Positions 1-9,171 are shown, numbered from the stretch's first letter. The stretch: 64,000 bases of DNA from Neisseria sp. (GCA_030528455.1 JAUMYW010000003.1:3124-67123), one strand, 5' to 3'. Program-made: numbers and translations. Notes: generated by a model from the sequence alone, not told the origin.

Positions 1-288
1 TGCGCGTACCGACAAATCGAATGCGTAAACCGTATAGGAAACCGTCCACGTTCCTGCGGCGGCGGCGGTCTGCCAGCGGTTTTTGGCCGTCTGCAGCAGC
101 GGTTCGGCGCGGCCGTTGCACTCGGCCGAAATGTTCACGATATGCCGTGAAAAATCGCGAATCATATAACTGCCCGGCACCCAGTTGGGCAGGCTGAACG
201 TTTGAATCCGGGCATGGGGGTTGTCGAAAGTAAAGCGGATTTGCCACAGATGTTTTTCGGGCAGCAGAGTGAGTGAGTAGTGCAACAT
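1..288 (-). CDS. M61 (glycyl aminopeptidase-like) metallopeptidase, N-terminal part; runs off the window
   Basis: Manual translation from ATG 288: MLHYSLTLLPEKHLWQIRFTF...FSLPNWVPGSYMIRDFSRHI...YTVYAFDLSVRA. LPxWxPGSYxIRDF and YxVYAxDLSVR are typical of the M61 N-terminus. Not in the ORF track. Confidence 0.8.
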   Translation of the reverse strand, partial: MLHYSLTLLPEKHLWQIRFTFDNPHARIQTFSLPNWVPGSYMIRDFSRHIVNISAECNGRAEPLLQTAKNRWQTAAAAGTWTVSYTVYAFDLSVRA

Positions 289-333
289 AAAAACCTTAAA
301 ATGTTAAGAACTGTTTGCGATTTACTGTTTTGT

Positions 334-347
334 TTGACTTGTGTCAA
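334..347. promoter_or_regulatory. Putative FNR box in the ccoN / M61 peptidase divergent region
   Basis: Perfect palindrome TTGAC-TTGT-GTCAA, close to the FNR consensus TTGAT-N4-ATCAA, upstream of a cbb3 oxidase operon. Confidence 0.55.
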
Positions 348-602
348 CTCGGTTATAAAGCAAAACTTATACCCTTACAAGTTGTTGGAAAATAGCTCCG
401 ACTATTGCCGTGTTGTCCGAAACAGCTTGTTTTCTTGGTAAACAAGGGTGTTTTGATTTAAAATATCGAAGTTTCGGTTTCCGCTTTTTCCGGCTTGTTC
501 CGGTTGCGGGATGTTAATTTTAAGAAAAACCGGTAAAGCCTTGTTGCAGACGGCACAGGCCAGCCGGTAGAACATCAATTGCCATGTTTAATGGAGACTT
601 TC

Positions 603-2039
603 ATGGAAACGCAAACTTATAACTACAAGGTGGTGCGTCAGTTCGCCATCATGACTGTAGTTTGGGGTATTGTGGGTATGCTGGTCGGCGTGATTGTTGC
701 TGCCCAGCTGTTTTGGCCCGCATTGAATTTGACCGATGTCGGCCCTTGGTTCTCATTCGGCCGCCTGCGTCCGCTGCACACCAATGCGGTTATTTTCGCA
801 TTCGGCGGCTGCGGTCTGTTCGCTACTTCATACTATGTCGTGCAACGTACCTGTAACGTCCGCTTGTTCGGCGGCAATATTCTGCCTGCCATCACATTCT
901 GGGGTTGGCAGGCCATTATCGTGGCTGCGGCTGTTTCTTTGCCGTTGGGCTTTACTTCCGGTAAAGAATACGCCGAATTGGAATGGCCGATCGACATCGC
1001 TATCGCTGTGGTTTGGGTAACTTATGCGATTGTGTTTTTCGGAACGGTGGCAACCCGTAAAATCAAACACATTTATGTGGCTAACTGGTTCTACGGTGCA
1101 TTCATCTTGGCCGTTGCCCTGCTGCATATTGTCAACAGCATTGCCATTCCGGTCGGTCCGATGAAGTCTTATTCAGTTTATTCCGGTGCCATTGATGCCA
1201 TGGTTCAATGGTGGTACGGCCATAATGCGGTAGGCTTTTTCCTGACCGCCGCCTTCTTGGGCATGATGTACTACTTCGTGCCGAAGCAGGCAGGCCGTCC
1301 GGTTTACTCCTACCGTCTGTCCGTAGTTCACTTCTGGGCATTGATTTTCACCTATATGTGGGCGGGTCCGCACCATTTGCACTACACCGCACTGCCGGAT
1401 TGGACTCAGTCTCTGGGCATGGTTCTGTCGCTGATTCTGTTCGCACCTTCTTGGGGTGGTATGATTAACGGCATCATGACTTTGTCCGGTGCATGGCACA
1501 AACTGCGTACCGACCCTATCTTGAAATTCCTGGTGGTTTCCCTGTCCTTTTACGGTATGTCTACCTTTGAAGGTCCGATGATGTCGATTAAAACTGTCAA
1601 CGCATTGAGCCACTATACTGATTGGACTGTCGGTCATGTTCATGCTGGTGCATTGGGTTGGGTTGGTTTTGTTACCATCGGTTCGATTTATTATCTGATT
1701 CCGCGTTTGTTCGGCAAGAAAGAAATGTACAGTGTCAAACTGATTGATGCCCATTTCTGGATTGCAACCATCGGTGTCGTTTTATACATTGCTTCTATGT
1801 GGATTTCGGGTGTGATGCAAGGCCTGATGTGGGGGGCACTGAACGATGACGGTACATTGACTTATTCGTTTGTGGAAGCAGTGAAAGCCAGCATGCCTTT
1901 CTACGTTATCCGCTTTGTTGGTGGCTTGCTGTATCTGGTTGGTATGCTTCTGATGGCTTACAACGTTTACCGTACGGTTGTCAGCGGTAAAGCCGTTGAT
2001 GCGGAAATTCCGGCTGTAACGCATGTGCCTCACCATTAA
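603..2039 (+). CDS. ccoN: cbb3-type cytochrome c oxidase subunit I
   Basis: [36 protein letters not shown] and WTVGHVH motifs; GGAGA RBS before ATG 603. Confidence 0.97.
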   Translation: METQTYNYKVVRQFAIMTVVWGIVGMLVGVIVAAQLFWPALNLTDVGPWFSFGRLRPLHTNAVIFAFGGCGLFATSYYVVQRTCNVRLFGGNILPAITFWGWQAIIVAAAVSLPLGFTSGKEYAELEWPIDIAIAVVWVTYAIVFFGTVATRKIKHIYVANWFYGAFILAVALLHIVNSIAIPVGPMKSYSVYSGAIDAMVQWWYGHNAVGFFLTAAFLGMMYYFVPKQAGRPVYSYRLSVVHFWALIFTYMWAGPHHLHYTALPDWTQSLGMVLSLILFAPSWGGMINGIMTLSGAWHKLRTDPILKFLVVSLSFYGMSTFEGPMMSIKTVNALSHYTDWTVGHVHAGALGWVGFVTIGSIYYLIPRLFGKKEMYSVKLIDAHFWIATIGVVLYIASMWISGVMQGLMWGALNDDGTLTYSFVEAVKASMPFYVIRFVGGLLYLVGMLLMAYNVYRTVVSGKAVDAEIPAVTHVPHH

Positions 2040-2062
2040 TTTGAGAAAGATAGGCTACCAAA

Positions 2063-2674
2063 ATGAAATTACAACAATTGGCTGAAGAAAAAATCGGCGT
2101 ACTGATTGTTTTCACCTTCTTGCTGGTGAGCGTGGGTCTGTTGATTGAAGTCGTACCTTTGTTCTTTTCGCCGGCAGTTACCAAACCGATTGAAGGAGTA
2201 AAACCGTATAGTGCCTTGCAGGTTGCCGGTCGGGATGTTTACATTCGTGAAGGCTGTTATAACTGCCACTCTCAAATGATTCGTCCGTTCCGTGCGGAAA
2301 CCGAACGTTACGGGCATTATTCCGTTGCCGGAGAGTCAGTATACGATCATCCGTTCCAATGGGGTTCTAAACGTACCGGTCCTGATTTGGCGCGTGTCGG
2401 CGGCCGCTATTCGGACGAATGGCATCGTATCCATCTGATTAATCCGCGCGATGTCGTGCCCGAATCCAATATGCCAGCCTTCCCTTCTTTGGCACGTAAC
2501 AAAGTAGACCCTGAGGTTACAATCCGTAATATGAAAGGTCTTCAGGCAATCGGCACGCCGTATACCGATGAGGATTTTGCCAAAGCGGCTGAGGAATTGA
2601 AAAACAAATCCGAATTGGATGCAGTGATTGCCTATTTGCAAGGTTTGGGCTTGGCATTGAAAAACGTAAGGTAA
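2063..2674 (+). CDS. ccoO: cbb3-type cytochrome c oxidase subunit II
   Basis: [13 protein letters not shown] heme motif; [12 protein letters not shown]. Confidence 0.97.
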   Translation: MKLQQLAEEKIGVLIVFTFLLVSVGLLIEVVPLFFSPAVTKPIEGVKPYSALQVAGRDVYIREGCYNCHSQMIRPFRAETERYGHYSVAGESVYDHPFQWGSKRTGPDLARVGGRYSDEWHRIHLINPRDVVPESNMPAFPSLARNKVDPEVTIRNMKGLQAIGTPYTDEDFAKAAEELKNKSELDAVIAYLQGLGLALKNVR

Positions 2675-2678
2675 AGTC

Positions 2679-2870
2679 ATGGATATCAATTGGGTGCGGA
2701 GCTTGTTTACCGTTTGGGTATTTATCAGTTTTATTCTGGTTCTTTATATCGTGCTGAACAAGCGGAATAAGAAAAATTACGATGATGCTTCGCGCTGTAT
2801 CGTGGACGACGATGATACGCCGGATGAGTCTGCACTCAATCCTAACCGTGAACACGGAGCAAAAGAATGA
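2679..2870 (+). CDS. ccoQ: cbb3-type cytochrome c oxidase subunit IV
   Basis: 63 aa with one TM helix followed by KxxYDDA; lies between ccoO and ccoP. Confidence 0.9.
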   Translation: MDINWVRSLFTVWVFISFILVLYIVLNKRNKKNYDDASRCIVDDDDTPDESALNPNREHGAKE

Positions 2871-4207
2871 ACACAACTTCTCATTTTACCAGTAGCTTTT
2901 GGAGCTACTACATCATTGCCATTGTGGTAATGAGCTTCATTGGTCTGTTATGGCTGGTGTTGTCGCAAAACAAGGTAAAACCGCCGAAAAAAGGCGAAAA
3001 TGTCGAAACTATGGGGCATGAGTGGGACGGTATCGAAGAATACAACAACCCTTTGCCGCGCTGGTGGTTTTTTCTCTACCTGCTGACTTTGGTGTTCGGT
3101 GTGGGTTATCTGGCTGCTTATCCAGGTTTGGGCGATTTTAAAGGTTTTCTAAACTGGACCAGTGCCAACCAGTACGAGCAGGAAGTGAAGACGGCTCAGG
3201 ATACTTACGGTCCCGTATATGCGAAATTCGGTCAGATGTCCGTTGAGGAAGTGGCCAAAGATCCGCAAGCGCAGCGTATCGGTAAGAATATGTTCGATAC
3301 CTACTGTATCCAATGTCACGGTTCGGATGCAAAAGGCTCGCGCGGATTTCCGAACCTGACCGACCACGATTGGTTGTGGGGCGGTACGCCGGAAAAAATT
3401 CATGAAACCATCGCCAACGGTCGTGTCGGTGTGATGGCGGCATGGGGGCCGGCTTTGGGTGAAGAGCGTGTGAAAGATGTTGCCCATTATGTATTGTCTC
3501 TGTCCAAGCCTGCGGAACAATATGATGCTGATCGTGCAGCACGAGGTAAAATCTTGTTCCACGGCGGACCGGCAAACTGTTTTACCTGCCACGGCGATAA
3601 AGGTCAAGGTGTTCAGGGTTTGGGTCCGAATCTGACTGATGATGTATGGTTGTGGGGCGGTTCTCAAAAAGCCATTATCGAAACCATTACCAGCGGACGC
3701 CATAACCAAATGCCTGCTTGGGGCAACTTCTTGGACAAAGACAAACTGCATATCCTGACAGCTTATGTTTGGGGCTTGTCTAATAAAGAAGGCAAAGCTG
3801 CCGAAGCCGCACCTGCTGCCGACGCCGCTGCTTCTGCTCCTGCTGCTGAAAAAGCCGCTGACAATGCGGAAGTCAGCTACGATGTGAATGCCGGTAATGC
3901 GATGGCTGTGTTCTATTTCGCAACCGGTAAGAGCGAAGTTGCTGCGAATGCCGATGTTATTCTGGCCGACTTGGTTAATGCGGGCAAAGACGGCAAAAAA
4001 CTGGTTGTCAGCGGTTACACCGACAGCACCGGCAATGCCGCAGCCAATGCCGAACTGTCTAAGAAACGCGCTTTTGCAGTACGCGATTTCCTGATTGCTC
4101 AGGGTGTGAAAGAAGAAAACATCGAATTGCGCAAACCTGAAAACACAACCGCCGCACAAGGCAGTGGCGCAGAAGGCCGCCGTGTAGAAGTGAAAATCGA
4201 GAGCTAA
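2867..4207 (+). CDS. ccoP: cbb3-type cytochrome c oxidase subunit III (diheme) with a C-terminal OmpA-like domain
   Basis: GHEWDGIEEYNNPLPRWW; CIQCH and CFTCH; Ala/Pro/Ser linker; then YFATGKS...SGYTDSTG...NAELSKKRAFAVRDFL...RRVEV (OmpA_C signature). Confidence 0.95.
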   Translation: MNTTSHFTSSFWSYYIIAIVVMSFIGLLWLVLSQNKVKPPKKGENVETMGHEWDGIEEYNNPLPRWWFFLYLLTLVFGVGYLAAYPGLGDFKGFLNWTSANQYEQEVKTAQDTYGPVYAKFGQMSVEEVAKDPQAQRIGKNMFDTYCIQCHGSDAKGSRGFPNLTDHDWLWGGTPEKIHETIANGRVGVMAAWGPALGEERVKDVAHYVLSLSKPAEQYDADRAARGKILFHGGPANCFTCHGDKGQGVQGLGPNLTDDVWLWGGSQKAIIETITSGRHNQMPAWGNFLDKDKLHILTAYVWGLSNKEGKAAEAAPAADAAASAPAAEKAADNAEVSYDVNAGNAMAVFYFATGKSEVAANADVILADLVNAGKDGKKLVVSGYTDSTGNAAANAELSKKRAFAVRDFLIAQGVKEENIELRKPENTTAAQGSGAEGRRVEVKIES

Positions 4208-4260
4208 ATTTTGTGTAAGCTGTCTGTCATGAGAGCCGCTGTTTAGGTGGTTTGGAGAAT

Positions 4261-4296
4261 AAAAAGTCTGATTCCTGATTGGGAGTCAGACTTTTT
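4261..4296. terminator. Bidirectional intrinsic terminator between ccoP and the DUF2288 gene
   Basis: AAAAAGTCTGATTCC-loop-GGAGTCAGACTTTTT inverted repeat with A and T runs. Confidence 0.8.
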
Positions 4297-4397
4297 CGGT
4301 TTTTTAAACAGGTTGAAAAGCAAGTATCGATGCACCGCGCTTGCGGGCGGTTTGCTTTGGCTGTCTTTTTCGGTTTCAGGTATGGATCGGGTCAGGC

Positions 4398-4697
4398 TTA
4401 TGCCGTCTGCACCGGTTGAACCAATACCCAAGGTGCAATGACTAATGCCCACATTTCCTGCCGGTCACGGGAAAATTGTGTGGCCTGCTGTTCGCTGACC
4501 AGGCTTATCAGGCCCTGTTGCATCAGTTTGCCGACCGTGGTGCTGTCATCGTCGGCAATCAGTCGGGCAGCAGCAATCAGGTCGAGTGAAGGGGCGATAT
4601 ATACGGCGGCACCTCGGGCAAAATGAACTTCCAATTCAGACCAGGCGATACGGGCGGTTTCGGCATTGAGTTTGTCGTTGAGCAGTCGGTTTGGCAC
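4398..4697 (-). CDS. DUF2288-family small protein
   Basis: KLNAETARIAWSELEVHFARG and WALVIAPWVLVQ resemble DUF2288. Confidence 0.75.
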   Translation of the reverse strand: MPNRLLNDKLNAETARIAWSELEVHFARGAAVYIAPSLDLIAAARLIADDDSTTVGKLMQQGLISLVSEQQATQFSRDRQEMWALVIAPWVLVQPVQTA

Positions 4698-4752
4698 GGT
4701 TTCTCCTTTGGTGTGGTAAACGGGAAAAGCGGATTATACCGCTGCAGACGGC

Positions 4753-4789
4753 TTGATGCTGTACAGTATGGATGTTATAGAGTATCATC
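4753..4789 (+). promoter_or_regulatory. znu operon promoter with an overlapping Zur box
   Basis: TTGATG (4753) - 17 bp - TATAGA (4776); TGTTATAGAGTATCA (4773-4787) has 2 mismatches to the neisserial Zur consensus TGTTATDNHATAACA. Confidence 0.6.
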
Positions 4790-4846
4790 ATGGAATTCTT
4801 GATTCAGTCGGTTTGATGGTATATCGTCTGAAAGTGTTTGGTAGAA

Positions 4847-4942
4847 ATGAATGTTTTATTGACCGGGTTGCTCCAACGTCTGCTGGTGGCTGCGGCTGCT
4901 TTGGCAGTGGTATGGGGCGTTTATTTTTGGGCTGCCGCATGA
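4847..4942 (+). CDS. 31-aa single-TM peptide coupled to znuC
   Basis: MNVLLTGLLQRLLVAAAALAVVWGVYFWAAA*; its stop overlaps the znuC start (ATGA 4939-4942). Below the ORF-track cutoff. Confidence 0.6.
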   Translation: MNVLLTGLLQRLLVAAAALAVVWGVYFWAAA

Positions 4943-5664
4943 ATATTGCCGTACGGAATCTGACTGTCAGCTATCGCAGAAAGCCGGCTGTCCATCATGT
5001 GGATATGATTTTTGCCGATTGTTCCATGTGGGCGGTGTTCGGTCCGAACGGTGCGGGCAAGTCGACCCTGCTCAAAGCAGTGATGGGGCTGCTGGAAGCA
5101 GACACGGGATGTGTGCAATGGCAGGGTCTGCAACGTCGCGACATTGCGTATCTGCCGCAGCAGTCGGATATAGACCGCAGCCTTCCGATGACGGTGTTCG
5201 AGCTGGCTGCAATGGGTTTGTGGTATGAAATCGGTTTTTTCGGGCGGGTAAATGCCGAACAGAAAGCGCGGGTTGTGGCTGCTTTGGAACGTGTGGAAAT
5301 GACCGATTTTGCCGACCGTCAAATCGCGCATTTGTCAAACGGGCAGTTCCAGCGCGTATTGTTTGCACGAATGTTGGTGCAGAATGCACGTTTTTTGCTT
5401 TTGGACGAACCGTTTAACGCGGTCGATGCTAAAACGACTTACGCGTTGCTGGAAGTTTTGCGCCAATGTCATGCAGAAGGGCAGGCCGTTATTGCTGTGT
5501 TGCACGATTACGAACAGGTGCGTGCTTATTTTCCGAATACCTTGCTGATTGCCCGGGAAAAAATTGCGGCAGGAAAAACGGAAGATATTTTGTGTGAAAC
5601 TTATCTGCAACGGTGTAACGAAGCCATGAGTCGGCACGAACAGGCCGAATGGTGCGTGGTTTGA
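4939..5664 (+). CDS. znuC: Zn/Mn ABC transporter ATPase
   Basis: GPNGAGKST Walker A, YLPQQ, LSNGQFQR, LLLDEPF; start reassigned to ATG 4939. Confidence 0.88.
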   Translation: MNIAVRNLTVSYRRKPAVHHVDMIFADCSMWAVFGPNGAGKSTLLKAVMGLLEADTGCVQWQGLQRRDIAYLPQQSDIDRSLPMTVFELAAMGLWYEIGFFGRVNAEQKARVVAALERVEMTDFADRQIAHLSNGQFQRVLFARMLVQNARFLLLDEPFNAVDAKTTYALLEVLRQCHAEGQAVIAVLHDYEQVRAYFPNTLLIAREKIAAGKTEDILCETYLQRCNEAMSRHEQAEWCVV

Positions 5665-5718
5665 CGAATGCCGTCTGCAGCTTGGGAAACTGGCTGAGGA
5701 CGGTAGAAAGATTTCGGT

Positions 5719-6594
5719 ATGAACATATATGAATTAATCATTGCACCTTTTGCCGAGTTTGACTTTATGCGCCATGCATTGGCTTCCGTGGTGTTTTTAT
5801 CGTTGTCGGCCGCGCCGGTAGGCATTTTCCTGATGATGCGCCGCATGAGTCTGGTCGGCGATGCGCTCGGCCATGCGGTACTGCCGGGAGCAGCGGTCGG
5901 TTATCTGTTGGGCGGATTGAGCCTGCCTGCCATGAGTTTGGGCGGTTTTGCCGCCGGTTTGCTGATGGCTTTGCTGGCGGGCTTGGTCAGCCGTTTTACC
6001 AACTTGAAAGAAGATGCGAATTTCGCCGCATTTTATCTGAGCAGTTTGGCGTTCGGGGTGCTGCTGGTCAGTGTGAGCGGCAGCAACATCGATTTGCTGC
6101 ATTTGCTGTTCGGCTCGATTTTGGCAGTCGATTTGCCTGCTTTGCAATTGGTGGCGGGTGTTGCCAGTGTAACCGTGCTGTGCCTGGCGGTTGTCTACCG
6201 GCCTTTGTTGCTTGAAAGCATCGATCCTTTGTTTTTAAAGGCGGTAAAAGGTAAGGGCGGCTTGTGGCATCTGCTGTTTTTGGTGCTGGTTGTGTTGAAT
6301 CTCGTATCGGGTTTCCAGGCTTTGGGAACGCTGATGTCGGTGGGGCTGATGATGTTGCCGGCAATTACCGCCCGCTTGTGGGCGAGGAATATGGGCGGTT
6401 TGCTGATTTTGTCGGTCTTGTTCGCATTGGTGTGTGGTACGGGCGGACTGTTATTTTCCTATCATGTGGAAATTCCGTCCGGTCCGGCGATTATTTTGTT
6501 ATGCGGCGTATGGTATGCGGTATCGATTGTCTTCGGCTGGGAAAGCGGTATTCTGCCGCGCTGGCTCAGACGTGGCCGCCATCTTCGTCATTAA
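5719..6594 (+). CDS. znuB: Zn/Mn ABC transporter permease
   Basis: RRMSLVGDALGHAVLPG ABC-3 motif; multiple TM helices. Confidence 0.88.
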   Translation: MNIYELIIAPFAEFDFMRHALASVVFLSLSAAPVGIFLMMRRMSLVGDALGHAVLPGAAVGYLLGGLSLPAMSLGGFAAGLLMALLAGLVSRFTNLKEDANFAAFYLSSLAFGVLLVSVSGSNIDLLHLLFGSILAVDLPALQLVAGVASVTVLCLAVVYRPLLLESIDPLFLKAVKGKGGLWHLLFLVLVVLNLVSGFQALGTLMSVGLMMLPAITARLWARNMGGLLILSVLFALVCGTGGLLFSYHVEIPSGPAIILLCGVWYAVSIVFGWESGILPRWLRRGRHLRH

Positions 6595-6616
6595 CAACGG
6601 ATGAAACGAGGAAATC

Positions 6617-7510
6617 ATGGACAAACGGATAATTTTATTGGTTTTGGCTTTGCTGATGCCGTCTGCAATGGCAGAAAGCTTGAAAATAGTCAGCAGTTTC
6701 AGCATTTTGGGTGATGTTGCCAAGCAGATTGGCGGAGATAAAGTAAACATTACCAATCTGGTCGGTTTCGATCAGGATACGCATGCCTACCATATGACCA
6801 GCGGAGACATCAAAAAACTGCGTGCGGCGGATTTGGTGTTGCTAAACGGTTTGGGTTTGGAAAACGGCGATGTTATGCGTGCTGTGAAGCAGGGCAAACT
6901 GAATTATGCAGAAGCGGCGGCGGGCATCAAACCAATGAGTGCGGAACACCGTCACGACCATCATCACGGTCATGACCACGATCATGGCCGTTTCGATCCC
7001 CATGTGTGGCAAGACCCTGTTTTAATGAAACAATATGCAGCGAATGTGACAGCAGCACTGAGTAAAACCGATCCGAAAAACCAAAGTTATTACCGTCAGC
7101 GGTTTAACGCCTATACTCAGGAGCTGGCCAAACTCGATGCATATGCCAAAAGCAAATTTAACGCTATACCTGCTGCCAAGCGCAAAGTATTGACAGGACA
7201 TGATGCATTTGCCTATATGGGGAAACGTTACGACATTACTTTTCTGTCTCCCCAAGGTGTCAGCAGCGAAGCGGAGCCGTCGGCAAAACAGGTTGCTGCG
7301 ATTATCCGTCAGATAAAAACGCATAAAATTACCGCCGTATTTGGAGAAAACATCAAAGATACGCGTCTGCTTGCCCGTATTGCCAAGGAAACCGGCAGCA
7401 GGGTCGGCGGCAAACTGTATTCCGATGCTCTGAGCCGTTCCGACGGCGCATCGACTTATATCGGCATGTACCGTTACAACGTTGATGCTTTGTCGGCTGC
7501 TATGAAATAA
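6617..7510 (+). CDS. znuA: Zn/Mn ABC transporter periplasmic binding protein
   Basis: DTHAY, His-rich loop HRHDHHHGHDHDH, DPHVWQDP, HDAFAY. Confidence 0.9.
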   Translation: MDKRIILLVLALLMPSAMAESLKIVSSFSILGDVAKQIGGDKVNITNLVGFDQDTHAYHMTSGDIKKLRAADLVLLNGLGLENGDVMRAVKQGKLNYAEAAAGIKPMSAEHRHDHHHGHDHDHGRFDPHVWQDPVLMKQYAANVTAALSKTDPKNQSYYRQRFNAYTQELAKLDAYAKSKFNAIPAAKRKVLTGHDAFAYMGKRYDITFLSPQGVSSEAEPSAKQVAAIIRQIKTHKITAVFGENIKDTRLLARIAKETGSRVGGKLYSDALSRSDGASTYIGMYRYNVDALSAAMK

Positions 7511-7560
7511 TATTTCCGATGGTTCTATTGTCTGCAGACGGCTTCCGCTTGCTGATGTGC

Positions 7561-7589
7561 TTGACGTAACGGACTAATTGTTGTTTAAT
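7561..7589 (+). promoter_or_regulatory. sigma70 promoter for metNIQ
   Basis: TTGACG - 17 bp - TTTAAT, just upstream of the riboswitch. Confidence 0.6.
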
Positions 7590-7606
7590 TATGGCTTTGC
7601 AAAAAC

Positions 7607-7652
7607 CACGCCGATTTGATACAGCTTGCGGGCGTAAAACAGCTAAGTTGGT
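7607..7652 (+). ncRNA. SAM-II riboswitch aptamer
   Basis: ACGCC-GATTTGA-TACAGCTTGC-GGGCGT-AAAAC-AGCTAAGTTG. P1 is ACGCC/GGCGT, loop GAUUU is conserved, and CAGCUUGC pairs with GC(U)AAGUUG as the pseudoknot. It lies upstream of a methionine transporter. Confidence 0.85.
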
Positions 7653-7676
7653 AAAGATTGAAGCTGTTGGATTGCC

Positions 7677-7713
7677 GCCCGTTGTGTTAGAACGCATCGG
7701 GCTTTCTCTTTTT
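7677..7713 (+). terminator. Leader (attenuator-type) intrinsic terminator before metN
   Basis: GCCCG-T-TGTGTT-AG-AACGCA-T-CGGGC hairpin followed by TTTCTCTTTTT. Confidence 0.65.
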
Positions 7714-7743
7714 CGGCAAGACATGCTTATTAAAGAAAACAAT

Positions 7744-8484
7744 ATGATTATTTTGAACCGGGTATCAAAGCAGTACCGTCATCGTGATAACGCAACATGG
7801 TTCAGTGCTGTCAGGCCTCTGGATTTGAACATCAAGCAAGGTGAGATTTTCGGCTTGATGGGTTACTCAGGTGCAGGCAAATCGACCTTGCTCCGCCTGA
7901 TTAATCTTTTGGAGCGGCCGGACAGCGGAACAGTAACCGTCAACGGACAGGACTTGACGGCCTTGAATGCAGCAGATTTGCGCGAAGTACGGCAGAATAT
8001 CGGAATGGTGTTTCAGCAGTTTAATCTCCTGAGCAATAAAACCGTTGAAGAAAACGTTGCCTTTCCTTTGGAAATTGCAGGTTGGCCGTCGGAAAAAATA
8101 AGTCGGCGGGTTGCCGAGTGTTTGGAAATTGTCGGGCTGACCGACCGTGCCGGACATTATCCGGCTCAATTATCTGGCGGGCAGAAACAGCGTGTCGGCA
8201 TTGCCCGTGCGCTGGCTCCCAGTCCGAACGTGATTTTGGCGGACGAGCCGACTTCCGCGCTCGATCCCGCTACTACGCGCAGTGTCTTGGAATGTTTGGA
8301 AGATATTAACAGACGCTTTAATGTAACCATCGTCATCGTTACGCACGAAATGAGTGTGCTGCGTCGTTTGTGCGACCGTGCCGCCCTGTTGCACGAAGGC
8401 AGTCTGGTGGAAGTGGTTGAAGTGAAAGACGGGCAAATTATTGCCCGGTCAGAAATCGGCAGAGAATTGGTGCGGGAGGATTAA
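7744..8484 (+). CDS. metN: Methionine ABC transporter ATPase (short, without the NIL domain)
   Basis: GYSGAGKSTLLRLINLLERP, YPAQLSGGQKQRVGIARAL, DEPTSALDP. Confidence 0.92.
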   Translation: MIILNRVSKQYRHRDNATWFSAVRPLDLNIKQGEIFGLMGYSGAGKSTLLRLINLLERPDSGTVTVNGQDLTALNAADLREVRQNIGMVFQQFNLLSNKTVEENVAFPLEIAGWPSEKISRRVAECLEIVGLTDRAGHYPAQLSGGQKQRVGIARALAPSPNVILADEPTSALDPATTRSVLECLEDINRRFNVTIVIVTHEMSVLRRLCDRAALLHEGSLVEVVEVKDGQIIARSEIGRELVRED

Positions 8485-9171
8485 ATGGCGGATTTGACTT
8501 TTGCTTCGGCTGTTCAGACCATTTCCGGTATGCAAGGCGAGATTGTTCAGGCTTTGTGGGAAACTTTTATTATGGTGGGCTTGTCCACTACTTTCGCCAC
8601 AGTGTTCGGTAGCGTGTTGGGAGTGCTGCTGTTTGTCAGCGGCAGCCGCCAGCTTTATTACAATGTCTGGCTGTATAGTTTGGCAGACAATGTAGTTAAT
8701 TTGATGCGTGCATTCCCTTTTGTGATTCTGATGATTGCGCTGATTCCGATGACTCGTGCCGTTGTCGGTACGACAATCGGTCCGGTTGCGGCTTCTTTGG
8801 TGCTGAGTGTTTCGGGAACTTTTTATTTCGCCCGTCTGGTCGAGCAAAACCTGCGCGAAGTACCCAAAGGTGTGATTGAAGCAGCGATGGCAATGGGGGC
8901 TTCACCTTGGACGATTATCTGCAAAGTGTTACTGAACGAAGCGCGTGCGGGCATGGTGTCGAGTATTACTGTATTGTCTATCGGTCTGTTGTCGTATAGC
9001 GCGGCAGCCGGAATGATCGGCGGCGGCGGTTTGGGCGATTTGGCCATCCGCTACGGTTATTACCGTTACCAGACCGAGGTGATTGTTTTTATTGTCGCCA
9101 TTTTGGTTCTGCTGGTCATCATTATGCAGACAAGCGGCAACCGCTTGGCTAAGGCATTGGATAAACGTTGA
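8485..9171 (+). CDS. metI: Methionine ABC transporter permease
   Basis: RAFPFVILMIALIP; GGGGLGDLAIRYGYYRY. Confidence 0.92.
   Translation: MADLTFASAVQTISGMQGEIVQALWETFIMVGLSTTFATVFGSVLGVLLFVSGSRQLYYNVWLYSLADNVVNLMRAFPFVILMIALIPMTRAVVGTTIGPVAASLVLSVSGTFYFARLVEQNLREVPKGVIEAAMAMGASPWTIICKVLLNEARAGMVSSITVLSIGLLSYSAAAGMIGGGGLGDLAIRYGYYRYQTEVIVFIVAILVLLVIIMQTSGNRLAKALDKR

Noticed and set aside
4753-4938. N-terminal extension of znuC in the ORF track
   Set aside because: It overlaps the promoter, the Zur box and the 31-aa peptide; ABC ATPase similarity starts at ATG 4939.
7591-7743. N-terminal extension of metN
   Set aside because: It runs through the riboswitch and terminator; the likely start is ATG 7744.
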